Assembly: GCA_046754105.1 (NCBI GenBank)
Contig: JBHHVD010000008.1
Span: forward strand, 1 to 50,659
Reading direction: 5' to 3'
DNA: 50,659 nt
Source: Candidatus Krumholzibacteriia bacterium
Lineage (GTDB): Bacteria > Krumholzibacteriota > Krumholzibacteriia > WVZY01
Shown here: piece by piece, positions 46,487-50,659 of the stretch
How the letters are laid out: each line of letters starts with the position of its first letter
Numbering within the stretch: the stretch's first letter is position 1
Notes under the pieces: generated by a model
The model's input: only the letters and a program-made list of their open reading frames with translations
Database searches by the model: none
Told to the model about the DNA's origin: nothing
Position numbers and translations under genes: made by a program

Positions 46487-47629
46487 TCAAGAGGGATCCC
46501 TATGGTTGGTCGGTGTGGCTGCCGTATCTACGCCGGCATCTAACCTACCCGCGAGGAACCGGAGAACGGCGTCACCGTAAGCCTCGGGTTCTTCCTGCAT
46601 GGGCATGTGCGCCGAGTGTTCCATCCAGACAATACCCACGGAGCCAGGTATGTCCGCCGCGAGACGTTCGGCGATCGCCGGACCGAAGTTAGTGTCCTGC
46701 TTGCCCCACAGAATCAAGGTCGGCCGCTCGAACCGCGTCAATCCCTCGACCGCACGCATCGTTTCCATGTTGTTGTCGGGGTCGAGCTGCCACCGGAAGA
46801 AGCGGACGAAGCGCTGCCACCGCGCCGGCGTCGAAATGTGCGGACGCACGTAGGCAGCCACCACGTCATCCGTAAAGGCTTCCTTGCGATGGACGGCAAT
46901 GCTGAACACTTCTTGCTGGATCGGTGTGAACTGGAGCGCGAACCTGAAGAGCGGGTTTAGCAGCGGATGAATCACAATTTCGAGGTAGGGCCGCTCCGGC
47001 TCACTGGGCCACTGATCGTAGGCTTCCGCGTTGGTAATCACGGCCCGTCGGATCCGTTCCGGGTGATCCCGCATCATGAGCTGCAGCGTCGCCGCCCCGT
47101 GATCATGGGAAACGAAGCTGGCATCGGCGAAGCCCAGTGAGTCCATCAGCCCAACGACCATGTCAACGTCGCCGGGCAGGCGATAATCGTCGTCCAACCG
47201 CACTTGGGTGTCGCCGAGCCCCAGCAGATCCGGCGCGATGACCCGGTACTCGGCGCTGAGAATCGGAATAACGTCGCGCCACTCATAGGCATGAAAAGGA
47301 CAGCCGTGAAGCAAGATCAAGGGTTCGCCGCCGCCCTCGTCTATGTAGGCTACCTGCGTGCCATCAACGTCGATGTAGCGCTTCCGCTGCGAAAACGCCT
47401 CGATACCCGGATCATCCAGGGTCGCCGCTACCATATGCCGGTCGCCGATAAAGCTGCCCGCTCGCCAAGCCAGCAGACACCAGATCCCCACGATGGCAAC
47501 AACGAGCAACCCCACGCCCCGCAGAACGCGGCGGCGGAGCCGCGGCGCTCCGCAAACCTGACCAGGCGGAGCGCCGCGGGAGGTCAGAGGCTGCCGGGAA
47601 TCCGGGGACGGGCCGACCGAGCCAGACAT
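46487..47629 (-). CDS. Membrane-anchored alpha/beta hydrolase (epoxide hydrolase/haloalkane dehalogenase-like, Asp nucleophile)
   Basis: N-terminal TM; HGCP oxyanion motif, APDLLGLG, SHDHG nucleophile elbow, WGKQD, AHMPMQE. Confidence 0.88.
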   Translation of the reverse strand: MSGSVGPSPDSRQPLTSRGAPPGQVCGAPRLRRRVLRGVGLLVVAIVGIWCLLAWRAGSFIGDRHMVAATLDDPGIEAFSQRKRYIDVDGTQVAYIDEGGGEPLILLHGCPFHAYEWRDVIPILSAEYRVIAPDLLGLGDTQVRLDDDYRLPGDVDMVVGLMDSLGFADASFVSHDHGAATLQLMMRDHPERIRRAVITNAEAYDQWPSEPERPYLEIVIHPLLNPLFRFALQFTPIQQEVFSIAVHRKEAFTDDVVAAYVRPHISTPARWQRFVRFFRWQLDPDNNMETMRAVEGLTRFERPTLILWGKQDTNFGPAIAERLAADIPGSVGIVWMEHSAHMPMQEEPEAYGDAVLRFLAGRLDAGVDTAATPTNHRDPS

Positions 47630-47671
47630 CAGGGGTCTCCTTCGCTTCTCATGGAGAGGCAGGCGGACATT

Positions 47672-47696
47672 TGATTATCAACATTGTTGTGAATCA
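47672..47696. promoter_or_regulatory. Palindromic operator upstream of the hydrolase-TetR operon
   Basis: TGATTATCAACATTGTTGTGAATCA is 20/25 self-complementary and AT-rich; TTGACA on the minus strand at 47720-47725. Confidence 0.6.
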
Positions 47697-47974
47697 TAAA
47701 TACCAACCAACGCCACCAGTGTCAAAATAAGGCCAAGGCCCCCAGTGAAACACGCGAAGACTCCCCAGGAATAGCCCGCCAGCGGCGGCCTGCAGGTTCG
47801 CGTCTAGGCGCCGCCGCTTACTGGACGCCACGGTGTGGCACAAGGCCGAAATAGTAGGCAGGGCAACCAATCCGAACCCTTGCTCGGCTCCGGGCCGAGG
47901 TCGCGCGAAGGCTTCGAGTCACGGACAAGACGGTGGCCAGGGCGATACGGCGCGCGGGTCGCCACTGACGCGAC

Positions 47975-48130
47975 CTACGCGGCAGCCTCCGCCGCCACAT
48001 CCCAGCCAGGAAAAACCAGCACCGCCGGATGGCACCGTAGAGCTCTAGCCAAGACCTTCGCCCTCTCGAGCCCGGGCTTCACGCGGTCATTCTCAATTGC
48101 CGAAATTGTCGACTGCGGGATCCCGGTAAG
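47975..48130 (-). pseudogene. 5'-truncated XRE-family HTH (HigA-like antitoxin) remnant
   Basis: Manual translation: LTGIPQSTISAIENDRVKPGLERAKVLARALRCHPAVLVFPGWDVAAEAAA*; in-frame TAA at 48143-48145 and no start codon, so it is absent from the ORF track. Confidence 0.75.
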
Positions 48131-48256
48131 ACCGCCTCCGTCTTACGCTTCACAGAAAACCGGCCCCTCCCGCCAACTCTCGCCTTCCTCTTCTTCCCCA
48201 CAGGACACCTCCTTCAGGCGGGGAGATTCTTCCCCAGTCTGGTGTCCAAGGAAATC

Positions 48257-48291
48257 GTGGGGCGAGGGAGGGGGGAATCGAACCCCCGTCC
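48257..48291 (-). mobile_element. Degenerate tmRNA/tRNA 3'-end fragment (att-like scar, genomic island boundary)
   Basis: Minus strand GGAC-GGGGG-TTCGATT-CCCCC-CTCCCTC... is a T-arm preceded by GGAC, as in ssrA 3' ends; no upstream body and no intact CCA. Confidence 0.6.
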
Positions 48292-48655
48292 CAAAGGCCC
48301 TAAGTTACCGAAAAGACGAGACTCACCTACCCCCAGAAACGGCCGTTTGTACCACTGGTTGTACCAGATTTCGGCACGGGGAGGCACAACCTGGCACGGA
48401 ACTGGAGGTCATCATCGAGACGTGGCACCTGCTTCCCTCTGCGGTACGGCAGGCCATCTTGCTACTGATGGAGGTGCCGATCACCGAGTGAAAACCAAAT
48501 AGGCCAGGCCGCGTTGCCCACAGGTCAAGTAATCAGAGAACCTGTACCCCCAACTTTCCTGGCTGAGCCGCAAAACCACAGGCCTTGCGTCTGGCATCAA
48601 CAGTTCATACGCGGACGTCGGAGAACAGCATCCGGATAACCCCAGACTCCAGCGA

Positions 48656-49429
48656 CTAATCGTCGTCGTCGTGCTCCTTCTCCTTGCCCACGCGCACAAT
48701 AATCTCGTTGACTTCAAACTCCGCCGTCGCGAAGTTAAAGACACTGTGGATGATGCCGCTTCCGCTGCGTCCTTCGAACTTGCCGGTACCGCCCGTAATC
48801 TCGAAGCTGGTCAGCCCTTCGTTGATCGTCCCCAGTAAAACCGTAGGCAACCCCGCTCCGGGCGAGACACTAACTGGCCCTTCCAAAACATCGCAGGTGT
48901 CGGGACCGCTGCAATCACCATCTTCGTTGCACGGACCTCCCCCGGCGCTACATTTCCCATTGTATACCCAGGCAATTTCACAAACGCTGCCGCCGACTAT
49001 CTTGCCACTTAGGGTTCCTTTCTTGGCGACAATTTGGACCGTCGCGGCAGCGGTAAATCCACCTCCGACGGTGCCAAGGTCGTTGGCCGCGCTAAAAGAA
49101 TGCGACGTCGTGTTTACTAGCGCACAGGGATGAACTTCAAGATCGACACCTCCAGTGTTCACCTCCGCCTGTCGATAAGAGCCCCAGTCCCATGAACTGC
49201 TTACCTCGACCGTTGCCTTGCCTATGTGTTTGATCTTTCCGCGAGCCGAAGCAATCGCTCCAGCGTTGACGTTATCTCCACCAGCCCCAGAAAAATGACT
49301 TGCTGCGTGGGGCGTGGCCTCGCCCTTTAGCTTGGCTACCGACGCCTTGTGGTCCCCGTCCGCGTCCGCCGTTCCGCAAAGCGCAAGCGCCAAACCTGAT
49401 ACTAGAAAGACTCGTGCAACAATCCTCAC
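48656..49429 (-). CDS. Secreted hypothetical beta-protein with a Cys-rich insert
   Basis: GGAGG before GTG 49429; signal peptide; 'FEITGGTGKFEG.SG.G' (dirigent/AOC-barrel-like); insert CSAGGGPCNEDGDCSGPDTC; looks more AT-rich than the flanking genes. Confidence 0.65.
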   Translation of the reverse strand: MRIVARVFLVSGLALALCGTADADGDHKASVAKLKGEATPHAASHFSGAGGDNVNAGAIASARGKIKHIGKATVEVSSSWDWGSYRQAEVNTGGVDLEVHPCALVNTTSHSFSAANDLGTVGGGFTAAATVQIVAKKGTLSGKIVGGSVCEIAWVYNGKCSAGGGPCNEDGDCSGPDTCDVLEGPVSVSPGAGLPTVLLGTINEGLTSFEITGGTGKFEGRSGSGIIHSVFNFATAEFEVNEIIVRVGKEKEHDDDD

Positions 49430-50024
49430 AACGCCACCTCCCCTCTGCCCCAACGATATTGTGCGACGATTCCCGCTCCTCCTGAGAGGAGGCCACCGAA
49501 AATCACCACGAAATATTGAGAGTGCCTAGCCGGATACCAACGGTCAACACACCCGACGAAAATTTCCGCCCAAGACGTAAGGGGCAGCTCCCCCGTTGCA
49601 AAGTAGTGCAACTATCTCAGTTGATCAGGCGTAACGCGTCGCGTGAACGAAAAAAGTCAGGAATGGCACGGGTTTCTGAGCAGGCACGGGAGCTTACGCA
49701 GATAATTTCATTATGTCCTTTCACATGGCTTAGGTAGTGTAGCGAGAGTGGTGGAAAATTAAGAAAACGGCGTCATCATCCGCAGTTAGAAAAAAACAAG
49801 ACCCGTATGTGAGTGTCGCTTCTCACCACCATGGGACCCCGTGTTATTCACGAGCATTCCCCCCCGACTCCGGGGTCGTGGCCGCTACGGCCTTGTGCCT
49901 AACTTGCCGTCATGTGTCCAGTCCTGACCATTGTGCTCTTGCATCCTCCCTTGGCTCGACCTCGGCGTAAGTCCTCGATGTTCGGTACGGGGTTTATCCA
50001 TCGTCCTGATCGGAGATCGTCGGT

Positions 50025-50659
50025 CTACGGCCGTTTATGGGCGTCGTTTTGTGGCGCGCCATGGTCTGGCGAGGGCATGCGCGGCTTTTGGCGGTGTCGG
50101 TACGACTCTCCCTCGATGACGAGGTCGTAGGAACGCGACGTGAATCGATCGATGGCGGCCTGGGCGCGCAGCGGGTCGGCAAATAGTGCGTGCCATTCGT
50201 CAGGGCCACGATTAGAAGTAATCACGGTTGTGCCGGCACGGTGCCGCTGGACGAAGATCTCAAAGGTATCGCGGCTTTCGTCGCTGTCTAGCTGGTCGAG
50301 GGCAAAATCGTCGATTATGAGGACGTCCGGTGTAATCAGTTTTCGCATCTCAGCCTCATAGGAATTGTCCAAGCGCGCGTGCATGAGAGTCTTGAGCATA
50401 CGGTCGGCTCGTATGGCGAGCACCGAGATTCCACGCCGGCAGGCGATGTGACCAAGCGCGTGGGCGATGAAGGTTTTGCCGACACCGACCTCGCCGACGA
50501 TGGTGACGTTGTTACGTGCCTCGACGAAGCGAAGCGTGGCCAGCTCTGAGAGCAGCTCACGGTCGTAGCTGACGTTTGCAGTCTCGTCCCAGGTCTCTAG
50601 CTGCATGGTGGGGTCGAGGTGACCACGCTCGGCACGCAGCCTCACGGCGTTGGACTGAC
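50025..50659 (-). mobile_element. istB: IS21-family helper ATPase IstB (5' part outside the window)
   Basis: 'EL.TL.FV....N....GEVGVGKTF.A.ALG..AC', 'DVLIIDDF', 'ITSNR...W...F.DP..A.A.IDR', 'IEGESYR'. Confidence 0.92.

Noticed and set aside
48257..48291. Intact tRNA or tmRNA gene
   Set aside because: Only a T-arm and a degenerate acceptor strand are present; there is no D or anticodon arm, tag reading frame or proper CCA end.
49913..50024. IS21 terminal inverted repeat
   Set aside because: A TG start and short GTCCT repeats are suggestive, but the other end is outside the window, so the boundary cannot be supported.

Overview
GC-rich bacterial window. Its Cys-rich secreted proteins and anaerobic CoA chemistry suggest a deltaproteobacterial-like lineage such as Ca. 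Binatia (inference only). About 40 real CDSs, mostly catabolic accessory genes. (1) The best candidate for an undescribed system is 4.6-10.6 kb: a His-rich Ni/Co-transporter-like gene divergent from an operon encoding an ATP-dependent electron-transfer activase, two 2-hydroxyacyl-CoA dehydratase/benzoyl-CoA reductase (HAD/BCR)-family subunits, a stand-alone acetyl-CoA-synthase middle-domain protein and a CooC/AcsF Ni-insertase, with no CODH/ACS catalytic gene in the window. One subunit has a double-cubane-type six-Cys set; the other has a Cys-to-His swap at a cluster-ligand position. (2) A second HAD/BCR-family pair at 36.9-40.7 kb has no activase but is followed by a Cys-rich polyferredoxin. 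(3) An unassigned glycyl radical enzyme and its activase sit among crotonase, CMD, acyl-CoA ligase and ADH genes. (4) An orphan xsc lies next to an acetoacetate-decarboxylase-like gene. (5) Several secreted Cys-rich modular proteins are present. (6) At the right end are a truncated HigA-like antitoxin remnant, a degenerate tmRNA/tRNA 3'-end (att-like) fragment and an IS21 istB, marking a probable genomic-island boundary. No CRISPR array, rRNA or intact tRNA was seen. All family calls come from motif recognition by eye, not database searches.
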